From Octopus bimaculoides (lineage: Eukaryota), in the NCBI RefSeq assembly GCF_001194135.2, contig NC_068989.1, positions 90,761,257 to 90,793,610 of the forward strand: 32,354 nt of DNA, in the 5' to 3' direction. A model generated the notes under the pieces. That model did not search any database. It saw only the letters and a program-made list of their open reading frames with translations, and had not been told where the DNA came from. Every line of letters begins with the position of its first letter. The first letter of the stretch is position 1. Position numbers and translations under genes: made by a program. This document shows positions 1 to 11,829 of this stretch, one piece after another.

Positions 1-189
1 AATGCTTCTGAGAGCTTCACATTCCCGTTAGTTGGACAGTTTAGATTGAAAACCTAAACAGTTCAGATTGAGAATTGGACAGCTTAGACTGAGAATCTAA
101 GCTGTCTCACAAACAGGAACGTGAAACTCTGAGTAGCAGTTTTTTGTGAAAGTTTTGTGATGTCTTTGCAGCTTTAATAATGATAAAGC

Positions 190-220
<31 letters not shown>

Positions 221-608
221 TCTGTGAGAGTTAGAGGTTGGGAAGCCAACCAACCAAGGGATAGTACCTATCCAATATACTGCTGGTAGTGTACCCAATT
301 ATTAATACCCAAGTGCTGGTTATTGCGTGGCAATCTTGCAATTGAGTGTTATATATGGGCAGGGGTAAAAAGTGGTTTACCCTTAATTTATACTGCAAAT
401 AAGAAAATGGAGATGATACGAAAACGACATACATCAGCCGGTAGACATTCTAGCGTGTCAATTTATTCCAAAGTAATAGAATGTATTAGAAGAATACATA
501 CACATGTGATACCCATGTGTTACACACACGCATGTACTAATATTGGAGAAAAGTGCAAAAGATCGGGTTGTCAGTCGGTGGTAGTTCCTTACAGCCGTTT
601 CTGCCCTG

Positions 609-652
<44 letters not shown>

Positions 653-952
653 CATATATATATATATATATCAGTTTCTCTCTTTCTCTCTCCTGCTCTC
701 TTTCCCCTCTCTCTCCCTCTCCCTCCCCCTCTCTCTCTCCCGACTCTCCAATATTCATGTTCGTATTTCAGGTTTTTAAGTTTCCTGTTTTAACATTTAA
801 AAAAAAAAAAATTACTTTTAGCGGATAACTTTACAGGTTGATGTTGTTGTTGTTGATGTATTCTGTTGTTGTTGTTGTTGTTGCTGATATATAATGCCAT
901 TGTTGTTATTAATATCATTAACACTATGCCATTGTTATTGTTGCTATTTTTA

Positions 953-992
<40 letters not shown>

Positions 993-1604
993 CATTATCC
1001 AACCCATGCCAGCATGAATGTTAAATAACGATGATAATAATATTGGCTTTTGTTTTTTTACTTTATTTTTTTTTGTCGAGTGATTTGTTTTTCTTTTTTG
1101 GAGTGTTTTTCTTGCCATATTTTATTTTATTTTATTTATATAATTTTTTTTGTGCTTAATGGTTGGATTGCTTCCATAATGCTTTATAACACTAATTGCT
1201 TTATTTCAATTATTATTATTATTTTTGTTTTTGTTATGGATCACTTGAATGCTATTCCTATGGATTGCTTCTGTGCTTTTTTTTTTATCATTCTTGATGG
1301 ATGTCATCTCTGTTGCATTCATAATGGATGGCTTCTGTTTTTTATTTTTTTTTAATTTTATTTCAACAGGATTACTCTAGTAAACTCTTAGTTTAATGTC
1401 AATATATTTAATGTAGAGAACATGGAAAGAAAAATAAATAAAATAAAGTGAAATAAAAATAATCATGTAAGGAACGAAAAAAAAAAAGAAAATCAGTAAG
1501 AAATATTTAGTCATTTAATTGGCAAGTATGGGTGACAACTCTGCGTGTGTTTTAGTCTTATTACCAGCTGACCTTTTCAGCAAACCATATGTTTCACGCT
1601 ATAC

Positions 1605-1916
1605 CAGTGGTTCTCAAAGTGGATTGGTATTGCTCTGCTGGGGGCAGTGGAAGGTTCCAAGGGGCATTGAAGAAAAGGGGGTGATAATGGGGTAGTGATT
1701 CGTGTAAAAAGTGGGGTGATAAGTGAGGCAATAATGAGCCTCATGTAAAAACAAGATAATGGATTCATTAGGTTAAATTTTATTTGTTAAATACAGTTGC
1801 TTTGAATTTGCTTCAGAAAGGGGTCTATGTTTGTGATGGTTAGTTTAGAAGCGTATACTAGGAATGTGGTCTGGGTGTCAGAGGGGCAGAAGCCCAAAAA
1901 AGTTTGGGAACCACTG
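1605..1916. mobile_element. Non-autonomous hAT (Charlie-like) MITE
   Basis: Terminal inverted repeats cagtggttctcaaa / tttgggaaccactg. Flanks cgctatac / ctctacac match at 6/8, consistent with a decayed 8-bp TSD. Internal ggggtgataa repeats. Confidence 0.65.
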
Positions 1917-2245
1917 CTCTACACTGCACTTGTCAAAGTTGTGATGAGACTATCACAAAGGAAACGTATAAGAATTGTTTTAGACTCAGGGATACCATCT
2001 GCATTGGAAGCGATACTTAAATTAGCATTAACATGTTTCATGTAGTGTACATTAAGAAAACCTACTTAGAAGTATTTGTATGTGAGATTTCTATATAGTT
2101 TGGGTTGTTTTGTAAGGAACTCCTCTCATACAGATTGCTTTTAAAATGAACTGCTTTGAAAATGGATTGCTGTGTAAAGGGTTATACATGTTCTGATGGG
2201 ACACCTTCTAACAAATTGCTTTTCTTATGGATCACTTAGCAAGTT

Positions 2246-2301
<56 letters not shown>

Positions 2302-2364
2302 TATATTGGCTGAAATGCACAAAAATTAGAAAGCATTTATAAACGAATGTATATCATGTAAAAA

Positions 2365-2548
2365 GCACCTGTGCTGGTGCCACGTAAAAAGCACTCTGTA
2401 CACCCTGTGAAGTGGTTGGCACTAGGAAAGGGCATCCAGCTGTAGAAACCATTCCTGGTGCAACTCCTCAGCCGGCCAGCCCCTGTCAAACCATCAAACC
2501 CATGCCAGCATGGAAAAACAGACATTAAATGAAGATGATGATGACAAT
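2365..2548 (+). mobile_element. Interspersed SINE-like repeat with (GAT)n tail
   Basis: The block ggaagggcatccagc...aacccatgccagcatgg...cattaaatgaagatgatgatg recurs at about 6060-6265 (+), 16865-17270 (-), 24950-25200 (-), 25640-26060 (-) and 29330-29470 (+). Confidence 0.7.
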
Positions 2549-2633
2549 GATATTATTTTATAATACATACTTATATATAGCTACAAACACACACACACAC
2601 ACAAATTCTAATCTGTATATATATAAAACATTA

Positions 2634-2697
<64 letters not shown>

Positions 2698-2920
2698 TAC
2701 ACACACACACATACATACATATATATAATATTTATAGCCCCTGTCTACCAAACTCTCTCTCACGCGGCAGTGGCCTGCCTGGGGCCATAGCAGAAGTCAC
2801 TTGACTAAAATGCCATGCTGTGGGACTGAACCTGAAACTGTTTGGTTGCAAAGTGAATTTCTTTGTTACACAGCCATCTGCACATATAATATAATACACA
2901 CACACACACACACACGATTT

Positions 2921-3009
2921 ATTCCCATGTGCACATGTGTCAGTATTCCCATGTGTCAGTATTCCCATGTGTAAGTATTCCCATGTGCACATGTGTCAGT
3001 ATTCACATT
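2921..3009. repeat. Minisatellite of attcccatgtg(cacatgtg)tcagt units, about 4.5 copies
   Basis: Units of 16 and 24 bp are directly visible. Confidence 0.85.
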
Positions 3010-3907
3010 GTTTTTGCTCTCGGAAGTTTATACTGACTTCATTCTATCGTTTGTGCCATTTGCTTTGCCACTTTTTGGAAACATTGGAACATTGCTTCTA
3101 GAATCTACCATTCTGCTATGGTTATTATTCTCAATTTTTTTTCCCTATATAAGTTGTAAGATCTTTCAGCTCCATGCAAATATAGACCCATTTAGGCTCA
3201 GTACATATCTACTGATGGTGGTGATGGTGGTGGCTTATACACAGCAAACACACTAACATAAATCCAACCTTGCTATGTGAAGTAGGTCCTTATTCAAATT
3301 CCGCTAAATTTATTAAAGAATTCTATCCTCAAACACTGACTTTTATTTACTAAATGACAGAAAAACAAGGACTCATCTTGTGAGGAACAACAACCAAAAT
3401 GAAATAACATCAATTGAATTATCAATTTATTTCATGTTTACATTTATTTTGTTTTCTATTTTAAATTATCTATTTATTGGTTTATTTCAAAATATCTTAG
3501 AAATTGCTTGGTGCTTTAAGCTAGCTATGGCAGAGGTAATTTTAATATTTTGATATTTTACCTTTTTTTTTAAAACCAAAAGAATTTGTTGTTGTTGTTA
3601 TCATTTTTAGAATGATTTAAAAGTGGAAATATTAAGAATGTGGGGATGGCCTGTGGCTAATTGGATGCTGTGGCTAATTGGATGCTGTGTCAGTTGTCAT
3701 CAGAGGATAAGATTTATTTCCTAAAGAGAAACTGTTGCAACACCTGAAATGGTTGGACATTAAGATGAGTGCTCCAGGAAGCTTCTCTTCTTGGAACATA
3801 GTCTTGAAAGGGTTTTTTTCTTCCCTGTTTGATGCTGTTCGTTAACATGAAGGAAAGGAAAATACACACAACACACACATGCGCGCGTGTGTGTGTATTC
3901 ATAAATA

Positions 3908-4240
3908 GTTGTTTTACTTGTTTTAGTCACTGGATTGTGGCCATGCTGGAGCACTGCCCTTGAACTTATACTATCCCCCCCCCCAAAGTCTGGTAGTTTT
4001 CTGTCAGTTTCTTTTGTGGAACTGCTATGTCACTAGGATGTAAACAAACCAACATTGGTTGTCAGGGTGGTGATGGGGACAAGCACACCCACACACACAC
4101 GCTTAAACACAGCAGGCTTCAACACAGCATCCTGTCTGCAAAATTAGCTTGCAAGGCATTGGGCTGGGCAATAACAGAAGACTGTCACCCAAGGTACCAC
4201 ACTGTGGGGATGAACCTGAAGCCATTTGACTGCAAAGTGA
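3908..4240 (-). mobile_element. Decayed tRNA-derived SINE (same family as 26304-26675)
   Basis: Reverse complement contains a ggttcatcccc B-box-like head and the ttcaagggcagtgctccagcatggcc tail shared with other copies. Confidence 0.55.
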
Positions 4241-4483
4241 TCCCCCCCCCCACACTTCACCCCAAATGTAATTCTTCAGAATTACTTAAGCAGCATTCTT
4301 TTACGTTAAAGATTTTGATTAAGTCTTTGATGTCATTCCACTGTTAAGCTTGTTTAAAGCGTAACACAGAAAAAAAAAACAAAAAAAACACCTCATGACA
4401 AACATAATAAAAATAACAACTATCATAATAATAAAAATATTTCTTTAATTGAGAAATTGGTAATTTTTTGAAGAAAAAAAAGA

Positions 4484-4523
<40 letters not shown>

Positions 4524-4647
4524 TAATACAAAATATAAATGATGTAATAAATAAATAATAATAATAATAGTAATAATAATAATAATGGTAATTTATGCTC
4601 ATTTGCGGTTCCAGATAACTGTATATTTAGGAAGACGATTGAACTAT

Positions 4648-4721
4648 CTTTGACGATGGCATGTTTCTGTAATCCTACATGTCTCTTTGACAATGGCATG
4701 TTTTTGTAATCCTACATGTCT
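4648..4721. repeat. 37-bp tandem duplication
   Basis: ctttgac(g/a)atggcatgttt(c/t)tgtaatcctacatgtct occurs twice. Confidence 0.9.
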
Positions 4722-5186
4722 CTCCATTATCTCTCTCTGACCGTATAATCTCTCTATATCTTTCTGTCTATCTATCTTTCACTTTATTACTTTGCATGGC
4801 ATTGTTCGACGTCTAGATGTGGCCAAGGTCACAGATAACGAGGAATGGTTGGAAAAGCAAGGTTAGTCTTGATATATCTCTCTCTATATATATATGACAT
4901 TTCTCTGTTCAACTAACACTAACAGTATTATTTTTATTATTATTATTATTATTAACATACTAATTCTTTCTGCTATAGGCACAAGGCCTGAGACTTGGGG
5001 TGGGGACGAGGGCTAGCTGAATAAGTCGATTTCATCCCACGGTGTTTGACTGGTTCTGATTTTATAAGACGAAGGGCAAAGTTGGCCTCAATTGAATCTG
5101 AAGTTGCAGTGTAAAACTGGAAGGAATCCTAGAAAGTTACTATTTTAAAATCTTACAATGACAGATATTCAGCAACAATACTTTGG

Positions 5187-5546
5187 AGTAAAGATTGTTT
5201 GCCAACATAACATGGCAGTCCTGGTTTAGGAGTAATGTTGCTATCATTTAACCCCAGGAGACATTGTCTCCAGCTGGCTGTATGACATGATCTGTGTCCT
5301 TATATTTTCAAACAAGGGAATCTAGCACCCCCACTCAGCTCAAAACAATATCTGTGTATTGCAATTTCTAGGTTATTTCCCTTCATCAGCACAGAATAAT
5401 TGTTCAGGAATACACAGATATTGTTTTGAGCTGAGTGGGGGTGCTAGATTCCTTTGTTCAAAAATTTAGCCTCTTCTGAGGCTAAATTACAGCAACATTC
5501 ATCCTAAACCAGGACTGCCATGTTATGTTGGCAAACAATCTTTACT
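5187..5546. mobile_element. Foldback element with a central hammerhead motif (Penelope-like)
   Basis: Outer inverted arms 5187-5231 / 5502-5546 and inner arms 5311-5360 / 5409-5458. Confidence 0.7.
5351..5395 (-). ncRNA. Minimal type-I hammerhead ribozyme motif
   Basis: Minus strand reads UCUGUG-CUGAUGA-AGG gaaauaa CCU a-GAAA-UUGCAAU-A-CACAGA: 6-bp helix I, palindromic helix III (AUUGCAAU), AUA cleavage triplet; helix II is irregular. Confidence 0.6.
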
Positions 5547-8337
5547 GGAAGGAATTGCTGTTAAGTGTTTTGTCTGGTCTGCAAACAATTCTGCCACCTT
5601 ACTGCCATTTTTAATTATTCTGTTTATTGTGGGCACCAGACTTGAAATTTTGTTTGGAGGGTGGGCTGGTTGATTACATTGACTCCCCTCCCCCACCAGT
5701 GCTTACCTTGTCATTTATTTTATCGACCATGAAAAGATAACAGTCAAAGTTAACTTCGGTAGAATTTGAACTCAGAATGTAAAAGCAGAAAAAATGGCAC
5801 TAAGCACTTTTTCTGGCATGCCAACAGGTCTGCTAGCTCACCACTTTATACATAGACTAATCGTTTCTAATTTAAGCACAAGGCAAACAATTTTGGCAGT
5901 GGTAGTGGTGGTGGGGCAAACCAATATCATTCCCCCACCCCACTCAAATATTTGACTTGTACTTATTTTATAAAACCTGGCAAAGTGGCTGAGTTCCCTC
6001 TGAGCATTGGGCCTCATGGAGGCAATGACCAATATCTTTGTCATTATGTCGTGGCAGATACTGGTGTCATGCAAATGGCACCTGTGTCAGTGACACAGAA
6101 AAGCACCCGTGCCACTCTCACAGTGGTTGGCATTAGGAAGGGCATCCAACCATAGAAAACCTTGCCAAATCAGACTAGAGTCTGGTGCAGCCTTCCACCT
6201 TACCAACCCTGGTCAAACCGTCCAACCCATGCCAGCATGGACAACGGACGTTAAATGATGATGAAAGGCAAAGTTAGTCTTGGTGTGATTTGAGCTTAGA
6301 ATATAATGAGCTGAAAGAATTACCAGAATTTTCTCCGATGTGCTAATGACCCTGCCAGTCTGCTGAGTAATAGCAGGATGTAGCTAGAAAGATGAAGAAA
6401 TTTTGGAAGACAAAGCTGACCATTATTGCTGTGGTTTTAGGTGCACTTGGTATTTTGCTTGGATAAAAGGCAAAAATAAAGAAAACTAAGCACAAAGAAT
6501 TTTGCTGAAATTCTTAGAGAAATATTGGTAACAAGTACTGAGAAATAAGAAATAATTCATTATACGTGACCTGGAACAAAGCAAAGTCGACTTTGGCAGA
6601 ATTTGAACTCTGAATGCGAAGATGGAGGAAATGCTGCTAAGCATTTTGTCCCACATGCTAATGGTTCAACCAGCTCTCTCTGCCACAATAATCCTTTCTA
6701 CTATAGGTACAAGGCCTGAAATTTCGGGGGAGGGGGGGGTAAGTTGATTACATTGACCCCAGTGCTTGACTGGTACTAATTTGATCAAGTTTTGGACGGA
6801 TGAAAAGCAAAGTTGACATGAGCGGAATTTGAACTCCGAATGTAAAGACAGATGAAATATTGCTAAACATTTCACCTGGTGTGCTTAACGATTCTGTCAG
6901 CTTGCCACCTTATAAATAACAATAATAGTGATTTCAGATTTTGGCACAAGGCCAGCACTTTCATGAGATTACATCAAACCCCAGTGCTTAACTGGTACCT
7001 GTTTTAGCACCCTCAAAAGGATGAAAGGCAAAGTCAGACCTCAGTGGAATTTGAACTCAGAACGTAAAGACTGACAAAAAACTTTTAAGCATTTCACTCA
7101 GCATGCTAAGCAGGAAAAAAAAAATAATAATAACTGCAGAAATGTTATTGATTGCTTTATCTTTCGATATTAACCACACAGAAAATGAAGTTTATTTTTT
7201 ATTCTAAGCTTTTCTGAATAATTTCAACTTTTTTATATTCTTACTAAGCACTAGTTAAACACAAAGAGAAAGAGAGAGTGAGTGAGCATGAGCCTGTGTG
7301 TGCGCGTGCATCTGTGTGTGTGTGTAGCTTGATTTGTGATTTAAGGGTAAGTAGAATTTTGGAATTACAAAGATAAAGGAAAAGAATAGATACAGATTGA
7401 GGTGAATTATGTTTTTTTTAATTTTTATTGCATGTACAATGGTATGATTGGTTATATTGGCTTATGGGTAGGATAACAAGTTCCTGCCATTTACTATTCT
7501 TAGTAATACAGACAAAACACCAACACACTGATATATATAGATATGTGTGTATATGCAGAGGGACAAAAAGAGAGATCAAAAATGCACAGACAGAAGCCGA
7601 AATCCTAAACAAGGCAAGATGAATTCTATGTGATTTCTTCATCTCATGCCATGGAAATGGAAACGGTTAATTAGGATCTTGTAGACGGTGTCCTTCATAA
7701 TGTATGTTGGATCAAAAGATCTCTGTCTTTGATTCTGCCAGCTGTGGTCTTTGAATATACTGTCATCATCGTGGTACACACATATCTTTCTGACTCCTCT
7801 CATCATATACATACAGTTAAAAACACACACAAAAACCTGTCATATTCCGTTTTCATTTATTTCTTGAGGTGTTAAAATTTTCAACACATATCTGTGATCT
7901 TCTTACTGACTCAGTCCCACTGCAACTGTTGCTGGTGAGGTTTTAAAAGCATCATGCTTTTGTTTTTCATTTTACAAATTTCTCATAATATAATTTAATA
8001 TTTGAGTCTGAAGGCTCCGGCCATAGGCGAACCCATTCGAGATTAACCTGGGGCTAAACACCACCAGCAATTTGCACACTTTATAAAGACATGACAATAG
8101 CCCCGCCAGTTGTCACTCTTATTTCTTTCTTTGTCTAACAACAAAACAGCTTCTCTTTTTTATAAACACCTAACAACAACAGATTCGTCTGTTTTCAAAC
8201 ACCTAACCACAAGTTGTCACCTTCTACAAACATTTAACAACAACATTTAACCAAACTGATTTATTAATCTTTATTAAACCAAACTTGGTATTTCTTCATT
8301 AATCTTTGGTTTTGTTTTAGTCAAGTTGTTGTTTTAT

Positions 8338-8539
8338 CCCTTCAGCATTCAATTTACTCAATCAAATGTAATGCTTATTTCTTCATGCATTATTTTGTAG
8401 CTTCAAGATTTCATTGCTGTGATCGTTTACTTTTTAGAATGACATTGTAGGGTAGGTGCAAGAAGCCAGATTTGGCCAGTTCAAGCATAAAACAGGAAGA
8501 ATATTTGGGTCAGATATTGCCAGTTTAAATGCTAAAGGG
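8338..8539. mobile_element. piggyBac-like MITE, copy 1
   Basis: Ends cccttcagcatt / aatgctaaaggg flanked by degenerate TTAA (ttat / ttga); same internal sequence as 19754-19969. Confidence 0.6.
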
Positions 8540-9530
8540 TTGAAATTTTTTCCCTTCTGTTTTTCCATAACAAATTCAGTGGAGCACCTGTTTAACATTT
8601 TGTTGCTGTTGTTATTATTGCAGTTGTTGTTGTTGTTGTTGTTATTGCTGGTGTTGTTGTAATTGCTGTTGTTGCACATAAAATAAGGCGGCATGTTTTG
8701 TTGCATTGATGTGGAATTGTTGTGGCTGTCCTTCTGGCTTTTGCAGTCTACTCATGAAAATGCGTTCTGTTAACTCAGGGTATGCTTAGGTACACGAGGC
8801 TGAGGTTGGGAATGACGGGAGTCAGACTCTATAAACCCCCCATTCACCATGCATTGAACAGTAGTGGAACACTAGTTTAGCCCAGGGTCAACCATGGCCT
8901 AAATTAGTGAAGAAAATGGCGGGATGGGGAGGGGGTGATGACTAAACTAGATTTGCTTTGACCCAAGGTCAACACAGGGGTTAAACTATGATAACCAGTC
9001 CAGCCAACTCCACCTCATTTTCTAACTTGTATACAGGGGACCCAGAATCACAGTGACCAACCTGTTTTTGTTTTTAAATGGTAAAATGTGGTGAGAGAGA
9101 GAGATTTGGCTGTTGTTTTCAGCAGGTTGAGTGACAACATAATGGCTCTGTGAAGTTTTCCATCATTATGCCTGGAAATCATTTATGCATTCCTTGACTG
9201 GTGTTTGCCTCTTGTTGTGGTTTAGCCCCTACTCCATCCAGGTCAGCCCTGATGAGGGTAACCTATAATTAAAGGATTTTCAGCCATGTATGGCTCTGCT
9301 TCTTATAAAAATTGATCATCTTTTGGTTAAAGGAAATCTAAATAAGTATGTTAGTGATGATGATGATGTTGTTTATTATGATTGAGGTTTGTAATGCTAA
9401 TATTGGTATTTTTTTCTTTCTTTTTTCTTTATTTATTCCTTATTCGTTACCCTGCTGCCTTCTTGGGTTTCTTTCTGTAACCAATCAAACTACCTGACCC
9501 CCACATTGACCCCCTTCAATGGACAAACAG

Positions 9531-9763
9531 GCCTATTGGATGAGATACGCCAGCTAAACGATGACAAACGGCTTATGTCCCAGCTGATGCAACAAAATCA
9601 GGAGAGCTACGAGAAAAGGACACATGAACTGCTTAGTTCTGGCGAGGACATAGAACATCGGTACAGTGAGCTGCTGGAGGAGAAGCGCCAGCAGGTGGAT
9701 GACCTCAAGTTGCAGCTGGAGGCCGTCGACAGACAGCTGAAGGCCAACAAGCAATTTCTCAAT
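9531..9763 (+). CDS. AKAP9/PCNT: Coding exon 1 in window (GLLDEIRQLNDD...KANKQFLN), phase 1 to 0
   Basis: Acceptor caaacag|GC at 9530/9531 and donor AAT|gtaagt at 9763/9764; 233 nt, heptad-like composition. Confidence 0.88.
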
Positions 9764-10694
9764 GTAAGTTTCTGCCTTGTGAAAGACTCATCAGCTTATC
9801 TATTTATGTGATTTTCACCCTTAAACTGGTCATTTTATCTGTTCTCGTGTGTGTGCTTATGCATGTACGTTTGTTGGTATTGTGTGTATTTTAGGGATTG
9901 TGTGGATGTGTGTGTACATGCACATGCATGTGTTTATGTATGTGTATATGTGCATCTTTGTTGATATTGTGAGAGTGTGGTTATGTGTGCACCTTTGTAT
10001 GTGTGTGTATGTATGATCATCTATTTGTTGCATGCATGTCTCTGTGCATATCTTTGCACATATGTGCATGTTTGTGTGTGCACATGTCTTTTTCAGTGTG
10101 TGTATATGTGACTCTAAGAATATGATTGCATTATAGTGGTGTGAATAAGTGTTGTTGTTTAACCCCGAGTCAGTCTTGATCAAACAGACTTATGATCAAA
10201 GGCATTCCAGCCATGACCATTCTGCCTTTTCCCTATGATTACATTATCCAATGTGTCCTTTCCTAAGATGATATGATGTGATTTGAGAGAGATTTGGTTA
10301 CTGTTTCTTGCAGGTCAAATGGTTATGTAGAAGCTTCCTTGTTGATTTGTGATGTAGACAGTAGCTCCATCTGGTGTTGATGTGGTGCAGTATTTTGATC
10401 GAGGTAGACCAAGAACAAAGTAGTTTGATAATATCCATAGTCTTGGTCAGCCATGCTTGGGAATCCAGCTGAAAAGTCTAATGATGGTTGCTTCTGATAG
10501 GACCCTAAAGGGGAGGTGCCTGGCGACTCTTCCACCGTGACCTTCCCAAGAATAAGGGGCAGAAAAGATGGATGGATTGATGGATAGCTGTTGCTGTCTT
10601 GTGCTGTGTTCAGTGTCATGTAGTGTCGGCCAAGAAGGTGAATGTCAGATACCCCTCACCCCACCTGTCGTCTACCTCACTGTGTCATCACCAG

Positions 10695-10928
10695 GCATAG
10701 CTGAGTGGTTATGGGTTCAATCCCACTGCATGACATCTTGAGCAGGTGTCTTCTACTAAAGACCTTCGGCTGACAAATGCCTAATGAGTGAATTTGGTAG
10801 GAAGAAATTGTGTGGAAGCCTATTGTGTGTGTGTGTATCTACATGTGTGTTTGTGTTTGTCCTTCACCACTGGTTGACAACCGATGTTGGTTTGTTTACA
10901 TCCCCATAACTTAGAAGTTTGGTAAAAG
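10695..10928 (+). mobile_element. tRNA-derived SINE
   Basis: A-box-like tagctgagtgg and B-box-like ggttcaatccc, followed by the family body gtgtcttctact...gtgaatttggtag. Confidence 0.65.
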
Positions 10929-10949
10929 TGTTATTCACTGTCCATTTGC

Positions 10950-11033
<84 letters not shown>

Positions 11034-11151
11034 AAAGGGTAAAATTAATTAATTAATCAATCAATTAATTAATAAATAATTTTGCCAAGTAGTTCGGTAC
11101 ATTAAAATAACCTTTATAGGTAAAATTATAGAATTAGTCTATAATTATAAG

Positions 11152-11362
11152 CATAATTATAATCAGGGGTCAGCTAATTGCTTTGCCGCACACCAAATTT
11201 AGAAATAGGAGTTAAATGCCTTTTCTACTACCACAAAGATCTTCCAGACAGTAACGCACTTTTTGTGTGGGAGATCCTTATGGTAGTAGAAAAGGCATTT
11301 AACACCTATTTCTAAATTCAGTGCATGGTGAAGCAATTAACTGACTCCTGATTATAATTATG
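11152..11362. mobile_element. About 210-bp hairpin/MITE-like palindrome
   Basis: Arms of about 90 bp (cataattataatcagg...ttttctactacca / tggtagtagaaaa...cctgattataattatg) with a loop of about 30 nt. Confidence 0.7.
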
Positions 11363-11383
11363 TTGATAATTATTGAATATTTG

Positions 11384-11502
<119 letters not shown>

Positions 11503-11611
11503 NNNNNNNNNNNNNNNNNNNNNNNNNNNNNNNNNNNNNNNNNNNNNNNNNNNNNNNNNNNNNNNTATATATATATATATATATATGAATATATATCTGT
11601 TGTTCATTTAG

Positions 11612-11731
11612 GAGCAAGCCCATGAACGAGAGCAGGAGAGGGAGGAGTTTCAGAAGGAGATCAACCAGTGGAGGACCACTGTCCAGCAGATGGAGCGACA
11701 ACAGAACACTGAGATTAGACTGAAGAAAGAG
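11612..11731 (+). CDS. AKAP9/PCNT: Coding exon 2 (EQAHEREQEREEFQKEINQWRTTVQQMERQQNTEIRLKKE)
   Basis: Acceptor ttcatttag|GAG and donor GAG|gtcagt; 120 nt, phase 0-0; carries the family-like EQAxERExERExFQxEI motif. Absent from the ORF track as a separate ORF. Confidence 0.92.
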
Positions 11732-11829
11732 GTCAGTGGATATTATACTTATTAAATGTTTTTGTTTTGTCAATATTATATCTATCTGCCTGTCTATCAA
11801 TACACACACACACGCACTCACACATTCCT

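Larger units (their letters stand above)
4960..7110 (-). mobile_element. Cluster of about 7 co-oriented copies/fragments of a second tRNA-derived SINE family
   Basis: Recurrent blocks ggcacaaggcctga, aggcaaagttgac and gaatttgaactc(a/t)gaa; reverse complement GAGTTCAAATTC is B-box-like. + strand copies lie at about 20640-20745 and 30100-30485. Confidence 0.7.

Noticed and set aside
78-106. Perfect 11-bp hairpin gacagcttaga/tctaagctgtc within a degenerate repeat at the window start
   Set aside because: It is short and at the window edge, and all six frames nearby are interrupted. There is not enough context to call an exon or an element.
107-9400. ORFs listed in the first 9.4 kb as protein-coding genes
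   Set aside because: They are translations of (TA)n, (CA)n, (AAT)n and SINE sequence, with no domain-like content or matching splice structure.
9766-9800. Antisense CUGAUGA-GUCUU ucac AAGGC-a-GAAA-C overlapping the exon 1 donor looks like a hammerhead core
   Set aside because: There is an extra A before GAAA, no helix III can be formed, and the best helix I partner is preceded by UUG rather than NUH. Probably chance.
10340-10560. Possible RTE-like RT fragment on the minus strand (LFSWIPKHG*PR)
   Set aside because: The resemblance is too short to support without a search.
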